Shown here: positions 31,401-43,299 of the stretch, in pieces | How the letters are laid out: each line of letters begins with the position of its first letter | Position numbering within the stretch: position 1 is the first letter of the stretch | NCBI GenBank assembly: GCA_963663965.2 | Contig: CAXXFK010000042.1 | Span: 160,001 to 224,000, forward strand | DNA length: 64,000 nt | Origin: Sedimentisphaerales bacterium | GTDB taxonomy: Bacteria > Planctomycetota > Phycisphaerae > Sedimentisphaerales > SM23-30 | Direction of reading: 5' to 3' | The notes under the pieces: generated by a model | Database searches by the model: none | What the model saw: the letters and a program-made list of their open reading frames with translations, nothing else | What the model was told of the DNA's origin: nothing | Program-made: the position numbers and the translations under genes

Positions 31401-34400
31401 ATCTTTATCAACGGTGATAGAACCATCGCTGGCCGAGAATGTGATATTATAGAGACCTGCCTGTAAATAAGTTGGAGTCCAGATAAAGGTCGAACCATTA
31501 AAGCTCGCCCCCACAGGCAATCCACTGGCGCTGAGCGTAACCGGATCATTATCCAGATCGCTGGCGCTGACCGTAAAGCTCAGGCTCTGGCCTTCTTCGT
31601 GGCTGACCGCATCGGCGGCCGTTATAACTGGAGGCCGGTTGGCATTTCCAACTGTGATAATCACAATTTGCTGGTCCTGGCTGGTTCCATCAGATACAGT
31701 TGCCAGAACACTGACCGTGCCATCCTGACCAGTTGTAGGTTTCCAGCTGAATGTCCGGCTGGTGGCATTAAAACTGGCGCCGGTTGGCAAATTAGACATG
31801 GTATAGGTCAATGGATCGCTGTCGGCGTCGGTTGCACTTAAGGTGAAAGACAGTGTCTGGTCGGTCATAGCCTGCTGAGCGGCGATATTAGCCAGTACTG
31901 GATCACGATTGACATTATTAACGGTAATCCCAACGGTGCGATTGATGCTTTCGCTGCCATCAGACGCCCTGAAAGTTATCAGGTAATTTCCCGCCTGACT
32001 GTAACTGGGTGTCCAGTGGAACAAACCGCCGGAATAGCTGGCGCCGGTGGGAAGATTGGAGGCGGTGATACTGACAATATCGCCATCCGGATCGGTGGCG
32101 CCCAGATTAAACTGCAGTAACTGGTTTTCTGCCACGGTCTGATCCAGTAGCGTGGACCAGACTGGGGCACGATTCACGTTAGTTACAGTAATATTTACCA
32201 CGCTATAGGCATAGGAAGTTCCATCCGTGACTAAAAAGTATTGTTCGTACTCGCCAGCCTGGCTATAACCCGGTGTCCAGGTATAAGCATGGGTGGTTAA
32301 ATCAAACGTTGCCCCACTGGGGGCGACACCGGCGTAAAAGGTCAATATATCGCCATCCGGATCGGTCGCGCTGACCGTAAAAGTCAGGGTTTGATTTTCC
32401 GCAATGGTCTTAGCCGGGATGGCCGTCAGTACTGGAGGACGATTCACATTGCCCACGGAAATAGTAACGGTTTCGCTATCGGTAGCGCCGCCGGCATCGC
32501 TGACGGTAAAGACCACGCTATAGGAACCATCGCTGCCGTTACCGGGAGTCCAGCTAAAGGTTTTATTCGTCGCGTTGAAACTGGCGCCGGTTGGCAAGCC
32601 GCTGGCGCTGTAGGTCAGGGCCTGACCTTCGGGATCGGTCGCGCTGAGACTGAAGCTCAAAACCTGGCCTTCATCGACAGTTTTGGCGCCAATGGCCGCC
32701 AGAACGGGTGGCCGGTTCGTGTCGGTTACAGTGATGGTGACGGTTTCCATGGCCGATTGGTTGGCCGGATCTCTCACGATGAAAGTAACATTATAGCTGC
32801 CGGCATCGTCATAATCGGGTGTCCAGCGAAAGACGCCGTCAGTCAGGGTCGCCCCAACGGGACTGTTGCTGGCCTGATAAGTCAGGGCATCGCCATCCGG
32901 ATCGGTGCCATTAATGGCAAACTGCAGAGCGGAGCCTTCCGCTACGCTCTTGGCGCCAATGGTTGGTATGGTCGGAGCCCGGTTAATATTGGTGACGGTA
33001 ATCGTCATGGTGTCGCTGTCACTGCCGCCATGCGGATCCGTAACCGTAACCGTCAGTTCATGGACACCGGCGCTGTCATAATCCGGGAACCAGATAAAGG
33101 AACGATATTGACTGTTAAAGGTTGCGCCGGTAGGCATTGGGTCGATACTGTAACTTAAGGTGTCTTCATCCGGATCGCTGGCGCTCAGACTGAATGAGAC
33201 AATACCGCCTTCAATGGTTGTTTTGTTTACCAGTGCGCTCAGAACAGGTAACCGGTTGTTGTTGTTAACATTAATGGTTATGGTTTCGCTATCAACGCCG
33301 TTTTTACCGTCGCTGACCGTGATAGTAACCGGATAACTGCCCGCCTGGGTATAATCCGGCGTCCAGGTGAATACCCGGGTACTGGTATTGAAACCGGCTC
33401 CGGCAGGCAACTCACTGGTTGACCAGATTAATGTGTCCCCATCGGAATCGGTAGCGTTGGCCGTAAAGCTCAATGCATTGTTTTCCACCACGGTTTTATT
33501 CCCAATCGCCGATAAAACCGGGGAACTGTTGCCCGACCAGTCTGCAACTGTAATCGTAATGGCTTTGCTACTGCTGGCCGTACCATCACTTACTGAAACA
33601 TTCAAGGTGTACTGGCTGTTGGTAGGCAGACTATCTACGCTAATTGGGAAAACCTGAGACGTACTGCCGCTTTTCCAGCCGGAATAGGTATAGGTCAAAG
33701 TCTCACCATCGGGATCGGTAGCTTTCTCTACTTGATCGTAGGTGAGTGGATCACCTTTGTTAATGGTCATGCTTGATGGAATGGTGGTTACTACCGGCAA
33801 GCGGTTGACATTGCTGACCGTTACGGTTGTTGTGCGGTTGATCGTAGCAGTACCATCCGTCGCGCTGAAACTCAGGTTATAGGTACCCGCCTGGCTGTAA
33901 CTGGGTGTCCAGTTGAACGCGCCTGTGGCGGTATTAAAGGACGCGCCGGCGGGGGGGTTGGCCAGACTGTAGGTCAGGGTTTCATTATCCGGATCGGTCG
34001 CCGCGACGGTAAAGGCCAGCGTGCCGTTTTCCTGAACGGTCTGGTTACCCAGGACGGCCCATTGCGGACTACGGTTGACATTGGTGACGGTAATGACCAT
34101 CGATTGATCTGCGTTGAATTCACCATCTGTTACCCGGAAGGTCAGGTTGTAGCTGCCCGCCTGGGTATAGGAAGGGGTCCAGGTAAAGGCCGAACCGCTC
34201 AGGTTGGCCCCAGTTGGTTTGGCTGTGGTCAGGCTATAGGTTAATGAATCGTTATCGGGATCGGTTCCTGCCAAGGTAATGCTAACCGCCTGGTTTTCAG
34301 TAACGGTCAGGTCGTTCAGAGCGGCCAGAGTGGGGGGGCGGTTGACCGCGCCCACTGAAATCATACAGACCTCACTGTCGCTGCCGCCTTTACTATCGCT

Positions 34401-37400
34401 GACACCGAAGGTTACTGAATAGGTCCCTGATTGGTTTACTGTTGGGGTCCAGCTGAAAGTCTTGCTGGCCGCATTGAACGTTGCCCCGCTGGGCAGACCG
34501 CTGGCGCTGTAGGTCAGGGTGTCTCCATCGGCATCGGTGGCGCTCAGGGTAAAACTCAGCACATTGCCCGGATCGATGGTTTTGTTGCCAATAACGCTCA
34601 AGATCGGCGCGCAGTTGGTGTCTGTTACAGTAATGGTAATTGCTTCCATGGCCGATTGATTACCGGGATCTTTTGCCACGAAGGTGACCGGGTAGCTGCC
34701 GGCCTGGGTAAAGTTGGGCGACCAGCTGAAAGTCCGGGTGGATGCGTTAAAACTGGCGCCTGTTGGGCTGTTAAGGACCAGATAAGTCAGCGAATCGCCA
34801 TCCGGATCGGTCGCCTGTAAATTTATCGTTAAATTGCCGCCCTCAGCCACGGTTTTATTGCCAATAGCCGTCATAGTGGGGGCCTGGTTGACATTGCTGA
34901 CCGTGATCGTAACGGTTTCGCTGTCTGTGCCGCCTTTGCCGTCACTGACCGTGATGGTTACGTTATAGGACCCGGCCTGGGCATAACTGGGGAACCAGAC
35001 AAAACGATTCGTCGAGGTGAAAAAGTCCGCGCCGTCCGGTAACCCGCTGGCGCTGAAACTCAGCGTATCCCCATCGGCATCCGTCGCGGTAGCGGAAAAT
35101 TGACATATTCCACCCTCAATAGCGGTTTTATTCCCGATCGCAGTCAGCACAGGCGCTTGATTGGCCGGTACATCCCTCACCGTGATCGTAATCGCCTTAC
35201 TGGCTGTATCGGTCCCGTCACTGACGGTCATATTCAAAGTATAATTGGTATTCTGCGACACCTGCCCAATGGTAAACGGAAACACCTGACTGGAAGTCCC
35301 ATTCCGCGGCCACCCGCTGTAAGTGTAAGTCAGCGCATCGCCATCCGCATCCGTCGCCAATTCGAATATAGAGGCCGTCAAAGTTGATCCTTCATCAACT
35401 GTGACTGATGCAGGGACATTCGCCACCGAAGGCGCCGTATTCGCCGGCGCATCCGGCGCTACTACCTCAAAAGTCACCGTCTGGCTGGTGCTGGCGTTCC
35501 ATTCATCCGTGGCAGTAAAGGTAATATGGTAGGTCCCCACCTGGTCAATCGTTGGTGTCCAGGTGAATGGACTGTTAAGTGTGGCGCCATTTGGTAGATT
35601 GTTAGAAGCAACGGTGACTTCATCCCCATCTGGATCATTAACAGGAATAGTTAAAATAAACTGTTGTCCTGCCGGTATGGTTTGGTCTGCAATAGGGGGG
35701 ATTACTGGGGGTGAGTTTGATTGTAACGATTGAAAATTAGCAGTAACAGATTTGTTACTATCCATTTTGACTGTTATTGGATTATCGTTGCCTGCATCTA
35801 TACCATTAATAGACCATCCAGTAAATCGATAACTGTCATCCGGTATGGCAGTCAGTATAATGTTCATACCCTGAGAGAATGATGTTGCATTGGTTACGAC
35901 TAGACCAACCTCTTTTTCTATGCGACCATGGGAAGCTGTAATATTGAGGCTTTGGGCTCCAGGATAGCCGGTTTTATCTGGCCAGATTGGGCCATAATCA
36001 GAACGGTACCTATCCCACATTTCCTCAACAAAGCGATTATAACATCTGGTATTTGTCCCGGTTCGTCCCATGGCTGCATTAACAACCATAGCGCGATCGG
36101 TGAAATCAAACATGGCATCATGATTCCAAAGTTTTTTTGCGCTATTGCCTGGTCCTAATACCTGTTCATTCATAATCAGCGCTGCTAATACCCAACCTTG
36201 CCAGGTGGTGGGATTTTGTGTTTGATAGCTTTGATCCCAGCTATTCCCGTCATTCGTGGGATTTCGAGAGTGAATAATACCCCATGATGGAATTCCTATA
36301 TCCGTGGAAGTAAATTCGTAGCGATCATGTGAATCAGACCATCCATGACCATACCATACCATGGTAGAAATCATATAATTCTTTAAGGTATATTCGGTTC
36401 CATCTGGGTCATCAGGCCAACCACGATATGGTTCTGTCAATTTAATCTCAGTATCCGATAAGAACAGGCTCGAATAATAGGGTGTATTTGATATCCATTC
36501 TGGACCACCTTCTCCTCCTTCTTCCCAATACTGTAATCCATTTAAAATTTCATTGCCTGGCACTCCTTGGGTTGTATAGCTTCCATCTGCTTTCCATATG
36601 CCATCACTACCGTCGCCCCCCAATCTCCAATATGTATCTGTTTGAGACCCTACACCTGGTTCTCGTTGTGGAGCGGCATTATGGCTGTAAATACAGATAT
36701 AATTATGCCCATTGTGTGACACTTGACTATAGGATCCGCCTTCACTGGTTCGAATACAATGATAATTTTTCCCGAGATAGGTTACCTGGCTACCCAATAC
36801 GAAATAGGCTTTATTTTTCGGATCATAGGCTCCGGGATCACCCTCCACGGCAAACATTCTTCTTGGCGATTGTGCGTGTGTGTTTAGTAATGTCCATGTA
36901 GTTCCTGTGCCTTTTACAACGTTGCTTCCCTTAGTGAGTGTAACCGTTCCATGCCATGCTGCGGTTTTACTATCATCGCTGTTTCTATGCAAGGCATAAG
37001 GGGGATTATAAATGTCGCCGGTAGTGTCGCCTGGTATGCCAATGCCGGGCAGTCCAGAATTACAGGCACGAACATAAAAGGTAGTACCATCTTCACTGAA
37101 GTCAATATAATCTTCCGGTGGATTGCCTGGACCCTTTCCCATGACTTCATATAAATAGTCCCCACTTTTATCTCCAATGGATTTCATGCCATTGTCATCA
37201 AGCATGATACCTGCAAATAAAATGGGCCATTTATGCCCTTGAGTACATCCGCCATCAGGTTTCCAACCGGTGCTTCTCGTTGCCACGCTATAGTTATCGA
37301 TACCTAATTGTATAAAACGGATCAGTAAGGTCTTTTTTTCTTCATATGAAAATTCACTATGTAAAATCAGTGATGCAACCGATACTTGCACAGCCGAATC

Positions 37401-38579
37401 TCGCCCATATTTGCACATATTGGCCTCAGGTCTATAATATAAACCGGCGGCATCGGTAGTATGATTGAGCCAGACCCGTTCAAACATCCGTTCTATCGTT
37501 TCCTTTTGAGCATTTATGGGAAGTAATGAATTGTCAAGTACCTCTTTATGCAATACCGGAACGTGTTCGCTGGGATAAAGAGAGGTGAGATCAAGAGTCT
37601 CTAAGTACCCTTTATTTGCATCTATCGTAGCCACGTTCCCTGGTATCTGTTTTTCTATACTGCAATAGCCGGGGCGAAAACTTCCATATGCGGGAATCGA
37701 TTCTAAAATTGTCAAAACAGATGCATGTATGAGCTTTGGCCAGACATTCGATTCATCTTTGCTGACCGTTGATACTAAAGAGGTGTCAGTTTTTACGACA
37801 AGAGGGTTTGTATCAGAAACCCCAACCGCAACATTCAGGCGATGATCGTATCCATGTGGCATTCCATAAATGCGACTGTCATAACCTATCCTGTCATTGG
37901 GCGTGATGTTCATCATGGAACCATTTTTTATGTGGCTGTTTTGATAAACAGTATTATTCGTCCAGGTCCCATCTTCTCCATTACCGCCAACTTCCCAATA
38001 AAGTTCCCAGTTTGACCCGATACCGGGTTCATTATAATGGGAAGTTACACTGGAGGTATGTCCCAAAATGCATCGATAATTAACCCCATTGTGTGAAACT
38101 TGTGATGCCGTGTTATCATCTTCACAAGGTGGATCGATTTTAATGATCTTAACGGTTTTATGGCCCTCATCATCAATTTCACGAATAACCCACATGTCAT
38201 GGTTGGCAAATTGACCAATTTGGTAGTCCTTGTCAAATGTCCAGGTTATGGCAAATTGACTGATGGTTTTAGCCAGATACTTTTTGGCAGGAGGCCAGTC
38301 AACAGACGTAATGCTGTAATCCATATTCCGGATATAAACTTCATCATCAGATGTGACTTTTTCAGCAAGTTTGCTAATAGACCTAAATGGAGTTTCTTCT
38401 GTTAATCCAAGATTGTTATTTAAACCATTGAGAGGATCGACATAATACTTCTCACTTTTAGCAGCCTTGGTTAAAATGAAAAGAATAAAGAAAAATATCA
38501 AAAAAATCCGGACAGATTGATATGAAATATTACTTTTATCAATAAGTGGCCGGCATTCTCTTCTCTTATATTGGTTCAT
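28451..38579 (-). CDS. Giant secreted multidomain protein (~3,370 aa): unknown head, 19 Ig/cadherin-like repeats, Big_5-like domain, propeller repeats and ZU5-like tail; frameshifted near 29388
   Basis: 3075-aa ORF plus the overlapping 314-aa ORF, which continues the same W.D.R.G..DIY repeats. N-terminal hydrophobic signal; repeats N..P.L..I....V.E......A.D.DGD.LTY....LP.GA.F.....F.WTP...QAG.Y...F.VSDG. Confidence 0.9.
31044..31115 (-). repeat. 15-nt degenerate tandem repeat encoding a (GGG[D/N]T)n linker
   Basis: Protein DGGGDTGGGDTGGGNTGGGNTGGGT between Ig repeats 17 and 18. Confidence 0.9.
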
Positions 38580-39572
38580 GACTCATATCCTCAGCAGTGA
38601 TAATCTGGGCAGTTTGATAATTATATTGTATCTTCATTCTAAATTTCATTTTTAAGTCTGGCAAATGGGGAAAGAATTTCCTTCTGGGGAAAATAGGAAT
38701 TGTCAGTTAATATTTCGGAGTTATTCTGTTTTTAGTGATTATTATGTGTAGAAATATGGATTCACAGCCATACGCGCGCTAATATAACTATTTTATATTA
38801 ATGTGTTTACAGGATTTTAATTGGTGGCTGGACTGACGAGATATAAACTTGGAATCATTTGATTTATTATTCCTTATCCCTGTTTACTACCAGAGCCTAA
38901 ATCAGCATAATCGTTATAATCGGAAGAAATTTATCTGTGGGATAGAAGGTGCAAAAGATTTTAGGCATCAGCCATTTATTATTATTAATTAACAATTTGT
39001 ATAGTTATGCATCTATTCGCCGGGGAAATATATACCTTTTCTTAACTTCGAGCTTTTAGATTAAAACAAAGTATTACCGGATCTAAACTCAAAATCTGAG
39101 TAATCTTTAGACAAAAGGTCTTAATCTGAGTTTAGAAACAATCGATAATAATCAGGTAACAATCTTTTAATTAGATGACTCTACCTCATTTGGGGTATAC
39201 AATAATAAGTAGTCATAAACTTTTCGTTTGAATTTTACTTTAGGCTGTTAATAAAAAATTAGTGCATACGGGTAAATCACCCACGGGGACAGGGTGCATC
39301 TGTTAATGCTACATAAGTATATATAACTGACTACATGATATTCCTGAAGTTAGTAACATTTCCTTATGAATCTTCGATTTATACCGGATGGGTATGAAGA
39401 TTCCAGATCGAACGCAAGATAAGTATTTACACGTGTAGAACTTATCTCACGGCCCAGGGGGCATTTTCAATTGCAAGCAATAACCATGATGAAAACTTAT
39501 AACGGCTGTTTTATAAAAGCTACTATTTGACAATACTATTTAATCGTACAAAAAACCGGGAATTAAAACTAA

Positions 39573-39735
39573 AGGGTGACTCTAATAATTGCTTTAGAGG
39601 CGGAAGCGAGGTTGATTTTTCTCTGGCAAGGAACAAAGAACCGGGCATATTCGTCAATATTCACGGTTTTTTGTGACGCAGTCCAGAGGAAAATCAGACC
39701 GCTTGGCAGCCCTGAATGAATTTTTGAGGTTCCCT
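39573..39735. mobile_element. MITE-like element, copy 1 (~165 bp, imperfect terminal inverted repeats)
   Basis: Left end AGGGTGACTCTAATAATT and right end AATTTTTGAGGTTCCCT; body is similar to 45588-45753; no ORF. Confidence 0.75.
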
Positions 39736-39854
39736 AAAGGACAGGGAACATATTTATACGTGCATGACATTGGTTAAATCGCAAAGTATGAACTTGCTAT
39801 GATCTATAAAAATTGTGATATTGTAATGTATTATTTATTAAAAAACTCACATTC

Positions 39855-40556
39855 TTGAAAAATACTTTAATTTTGCTATATAATAATAAACAAAATAGCG
39901 TGTTATGGTTAATTATCTGCCTTGTAATCATTGCTTTTGGCTGGCATTATCGTTCCTTTTCGGAAAAGTATGGTGATTTTTCTGGCGGTAAGGTTCAATT
40001 ACCGGTTCCTTTAAAAGAATTTCCTATGGATTTTGGCGACTGGCATGGCGAAGATGTTGAATTATCGGACGTAATCCTTAAGGTCGCTGGTAATGATGAC
40101 TACCTTAACCGCCTATATGTCAACACCAAGACAGGCGAATGGTTTAATCTCTATTTAGCATATACCGGAGATCCACGTACCATGCTTGGTCACCGACCTC
40201 AGGTCTGTTACCCTGCTGCCGGTTGGAATCCTCAATCACTTGAAGAAATCGAAATCTCTGTCAATAATGATCTCAAAGTGCCATGTCTCTTACATCACTT
40301 TTACCGCCCTGGACGATCGGATCAACCTGGCGCTCAGGTTGTTGTGCTAAATTACTACATACTCAACGGCCAGATAACTAACCAGGAAGAAAGTTTTGAT
40401 GGTATTGGCACCCGTGCTCCAAATATCGATGGCGAAACGGCTCGATATGTGGCCCAGATTCAAATAAGCAGTTCAAATGATGGATCAGTACAAAATGGCC
40501 TCAAGTATTTTGCTGGCAAGATTATGGATTTCTTCCCTGGAAGACAACTCGATTAA
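39855..40556 (+). CDS. epsI: Exosortase-associated EpsI family protein
   Basis: One N-terminal TM, PLKEFP..FGDWHGED, DDYLNRLY, LYLAY, HRPQVCYPAAGW, VLNYY; first gene of the EPS locus. Confidence 0.85.
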   Translation: MKNTLILLYNNKQNSVLWLIICLVIIAFGWHYRSFSEKYGDFSGGKVQLPVPLKEFPMDFGDWHGEDVELSDVILKVAGNDDYLNRLYVNTKTGEWFNLYLAYTGDPRTMLGHRPQVCYPAAGWNPQSLEEIEISVNNDLKVPCLLHHFYRPGRSDQPGAQVVVLNYYILNGQITNQEESFDGIGTRAPNIDGETARYVAQIQISSSNDGSVQNGLKYFAGKIMDFFPGRQLD

Positions 40557-40598
40557 AGGTTTTTTGTATTTCTCGATAATAGTATCAAGTAATGGGAT

Positions 40599-42131
40599 GT
40601 GGTTGGGCTTATTAAAAAATCAAAACAAATCCAGATTGATCCAAATATTAAATATAAGCAATTCTTTGCTACCGATCATATCAAAGCAGATTTGAAGGGC
40701 AAAACCGTACGCGGCGGCATCTGGACGATAGTAGGTCAGATAGGCAGTTATGCTATCCGCTTGGGCTCGACCATAATTCTTGCGCGATTACTTACACCCG
40801 ATGATTACGGTTTAGTGGCTATGGTGGCAGTCGTTACTAATTTTGCCTTGATGTTTAATGATATGGGCCTTTCCATGGCCACGGTTCAAAGTGATACGAT
40901 TACTCATGAACAGGTAAGTACCCTGTTTTGGATTAATCTGGCCGTTAGTACTATAGTTGGTTTTTTTCTGGCGGCGATATCGCCGTTGATAGTTTGGTTT
41001 TATGATGAACCGCGACTCCTTTGGATTACCATTGCGCTTGCGGCTACTTTTCCGATGAATGGCTTCACTTTGCAGCATAACGCCCTCCTTCGCAGACAGA
41101 TGAGGTTTAACACTCTTAGTATTATACAATTAATTGCCGCTGCAATAAGTGTGATTGTTGGAATCGTTTGTGCCTGGTGCGGACTTCAATACTGGACTCT
41201 GGTTATTATGCAGTTAATGACGCCTTTATGTTTGATTAGTACGATCTGGATTGTATGTCCATGGCGTCCCGGCAAACTGAGGCTAAAGACCGGTGTTAAA
41301 CCGATGGTGTTATTTGGCGGCAACCTGACAGGTTTTAATTTTATGAATTATTTCAGTCGGAATGCGGACAATCTGTTAATTGGAAAGTTTCTGGGAACCC
41401 AGCCTCTGGGGATTTATGATAAGGCCTATCAGTTATTAATGCTTCCTTTACGCCAGATTACTTACCCGGTATCCAATGTGACCATGCCGGCACTGAGCCG
41501 ATTGCAGAATGATCCCGAGGGTTACCAGAGATTTTACTATAAAATGGTTAAAACGATCGCCTACATTACTATGCCGCTCATTGCCTTTATGGCAGTCCTC
41601 TCAGACGACATAATCTTGCTGGTGCTGGGGGAACAATGGCAAATGGCATCGCCTGTTTTCAAAATTCTGGCTTTTGCCGCTTTTCTGCAACCGGTTGCGG
41701 CAACAACGGGATCCGTGTTTACCAGCATGGGGGCTACCGGCCGGATGTTCAAGTGGGGGATCGTGGCATCAAGTATGACGGTTTTGTCTTTTATCGTTGG
41801 GTTGCCATATGGCATCAAAGGGGTGGCCTTTTGTTATAGCGTTAATGGCTACATTTTGTTCATTCCAGGATTGTTCTATGCTTATAATAAAACGCCTGTC
41901 CAATTGGGCAAAGTAATCAAAATTCTGGTATTCCCAATTACTTATAGTGTGATTTTATATGGCATTATAGAACTGATGCGACATTATATTTCTCTGACGG
42001 CGGTGGTGAATATCTCTGCCTCGTTTATCGTTCTGATGGTTTTGGGTCTGATATTCTATCACTTGAGTCGTCAAGTGCGATCGGATGTTAAATCTATTAT
42101 GGATTTATTCATGATAAAAAGGAAAGTCTAA
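40599..42131 (+). CDS. wzx: Polysaccharide flippase (Wzx/WzxC-like)
   Basis: LARLLTPDDYGLVAM, STLFWIN, NADNLLIGKFLG...LGIYDKAYQL; 12 or more TM segments. Confidence 0.92.
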   Translation: MVGLIKKSKQIQIDPNIKYKQFFATDHIKADLKGKTVRGGIWTIVGQIGSYAIRLGSTIILARLLTPDDYGLVAMVAVVTNFALMFNDMGLSMATVQSDTITHEQVSTLFWINLAVSTIVGFFLAAISPLIVWFYDEPRLLWITIALAATFPMNGFTLQHNALLRRQMRFNTLSIIQLIAAAISVIVGIVCAWCGLQYWTLVIMQLMTPLCLISTIWIVCPWRPGKLRLKTGVKPMVLFGGNLTGFNFMNYFSRNADNLLIGKFLGTQPLGIYDKAYQLLMLPLRQITYPVSNVTMPALSRLQNDPEGYQRFYYKMVKTIAYITMPLIAFMAVLSDDIILLVLGEQWQMASPVFKILAFAAFLQPVAATTGSVFTSMGATGRMFKWGIVASSMTVLSFIVGLPYGIKGVAFCYSVNGYILFIPGLFYAYNKTPVQLGKVIKILVFPITYSVILYGIIELMRHYISLTAVVNISASFIVLMVLGLIFYHLSRQVRSDVKSIMDLFMIKRKV

Positions 42132-42144
42132 CCAGGGGTATCCT

Positions 42145-43299
42145 ATGGCAAACAATGATTTTATTATTTTTGGTTCCCCATTGATTGAGGAAGATGAAAT
42201 CCAGGAGGTCGTGGCCAGCATGCGGTCTGGCTGGCTGGGAACCGGTCCCAAGGTGGCCCGGTTTGAAGAAGATTTCAAGGCCTATAAAAAGGCGTCCTAT
42301 GCGGCGGCGGTTAATTCTTGCACTGCGGCGTTGCACCTGGCCCTGATTGCCGCGGACCTGGAACCTGGCAGCGAAGTGATCACCACTCCGATGACGTTTT
42401 GTGCGACCGCCAATGCCATTATTCACGCCGGTTTGACGCCCGTTCTGGCCGATATTGATCCGGTCACCCTGAATATCGATCCGGAACAGGTTGAAGCCAA
42501 AATAACCTCCCGGACGCGGGCGATTCTGCCGGTTCATTTTGCCGGCCGGCCCTGCGATATGGACCGGCTCTGTGCCATAGCCCGGAAACACGGATTGAAA
42601 ATCATTGAAGATTGCGCCCATGCGATTGAAACCGAATACCATGGCCGGCCGGCCGGCGCTTTTGGCGATTATGGCTGTTTCAGCTTCTATGTCACCAAAA
42701 ATATCGTTACCGGCGAAGGCGGCATGGTGCTGGCCCAGCGGGAAGAGGATATTGCCCGGATTAAGGTGCTGGCCCTGCATGGGATGAGCAAGGATGCCTG
42801 GAAACGTTTCAGTGATGAAGGGTATAAACATTATTACGTGACCGAATGCGGTTTTAAATACAACATGATGGATATCCAGGCGGCCATTGGTATCCATCAG
42901 CTCAAGCGTGTTGATGCCTACTGGCAGAAACGTCAGATTATCTGGCGTCAGTACAATGAGGCTTTCAAAGAATTGCCGGTCGGATTGCCGGCTGATCCTG
43001 AACCGGATACGCGACACGCGTATCATCTGTATACGCTCTTAATCGATCAGGACCGTTACGATTTGACACGTGATGGATTTCTGAATAGTATGACCAGTAA
43101 TGGCATTGGGTGCGGCGTCCATTATTTGAGCCTTCCGGAACATCCCTGTTATCAGACCCGCTTTGGATGGCTTCCCCAGGATTATCCTCATGCCATGTTG
43201 GTTGGGCGTCAGACAGTCAGTCTTCCCATCTCGGCTAAATTATCTGAATCTGACATTAACCATATTATCGCGACGGTTAATCGTCTCTTTGGGAAATAA
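42145..43299 (+). CDS. DegT/DnrJ/EryC1/StrS sugar aminotransferase
   Basis: SGWLGTGP, NSCTAALHLAL, PVHFAG, IEDCAHA, FSFYVTKNIVTGEGGM (catalytic Lys). Confidence 0.95.
   Translation: MANNDFIIFGSPLIEEDEIQEVVASMRSGWLGTGPKVARFEEDFKAYKKASYAAAVNSCTAALHLALIAADLEPGSEVITTPMTFCATANAIIHAGLTPVLADIDPVTLNIDPEQVEAKITSRTRAILPVHFAGRPCDMDRLCAIARKHGLKIIEDCAHAIETEYHGRPAGAFGDYGCFSFYVTKNIVTGEGGMVLAQREEDIARIKVLALHGMSKDAWKRFSDEGYKHYYVTECGFKYNMMDIQAAIGIHQLKRVDAYWQKRQIIWRQYNEAFKELPVGLPADPEPDTRHAYHLYTLLIDQDRYDLTRDGFLNSMTSNGIGCGVHYLSLPEHPCYQTRFGWLPQDYPHAMLVGRQTVSLPISAKLSESDINHIIATVNRLFGK

Noticed and set aside
30455..35717. Regularly spaced DNA repeats as a possible CRISPR array
   Set aside because: They are degenerate ~280-nt coding repeats of Ig-like domains; there are no identical short repeats with unique spacers and no cas genes.
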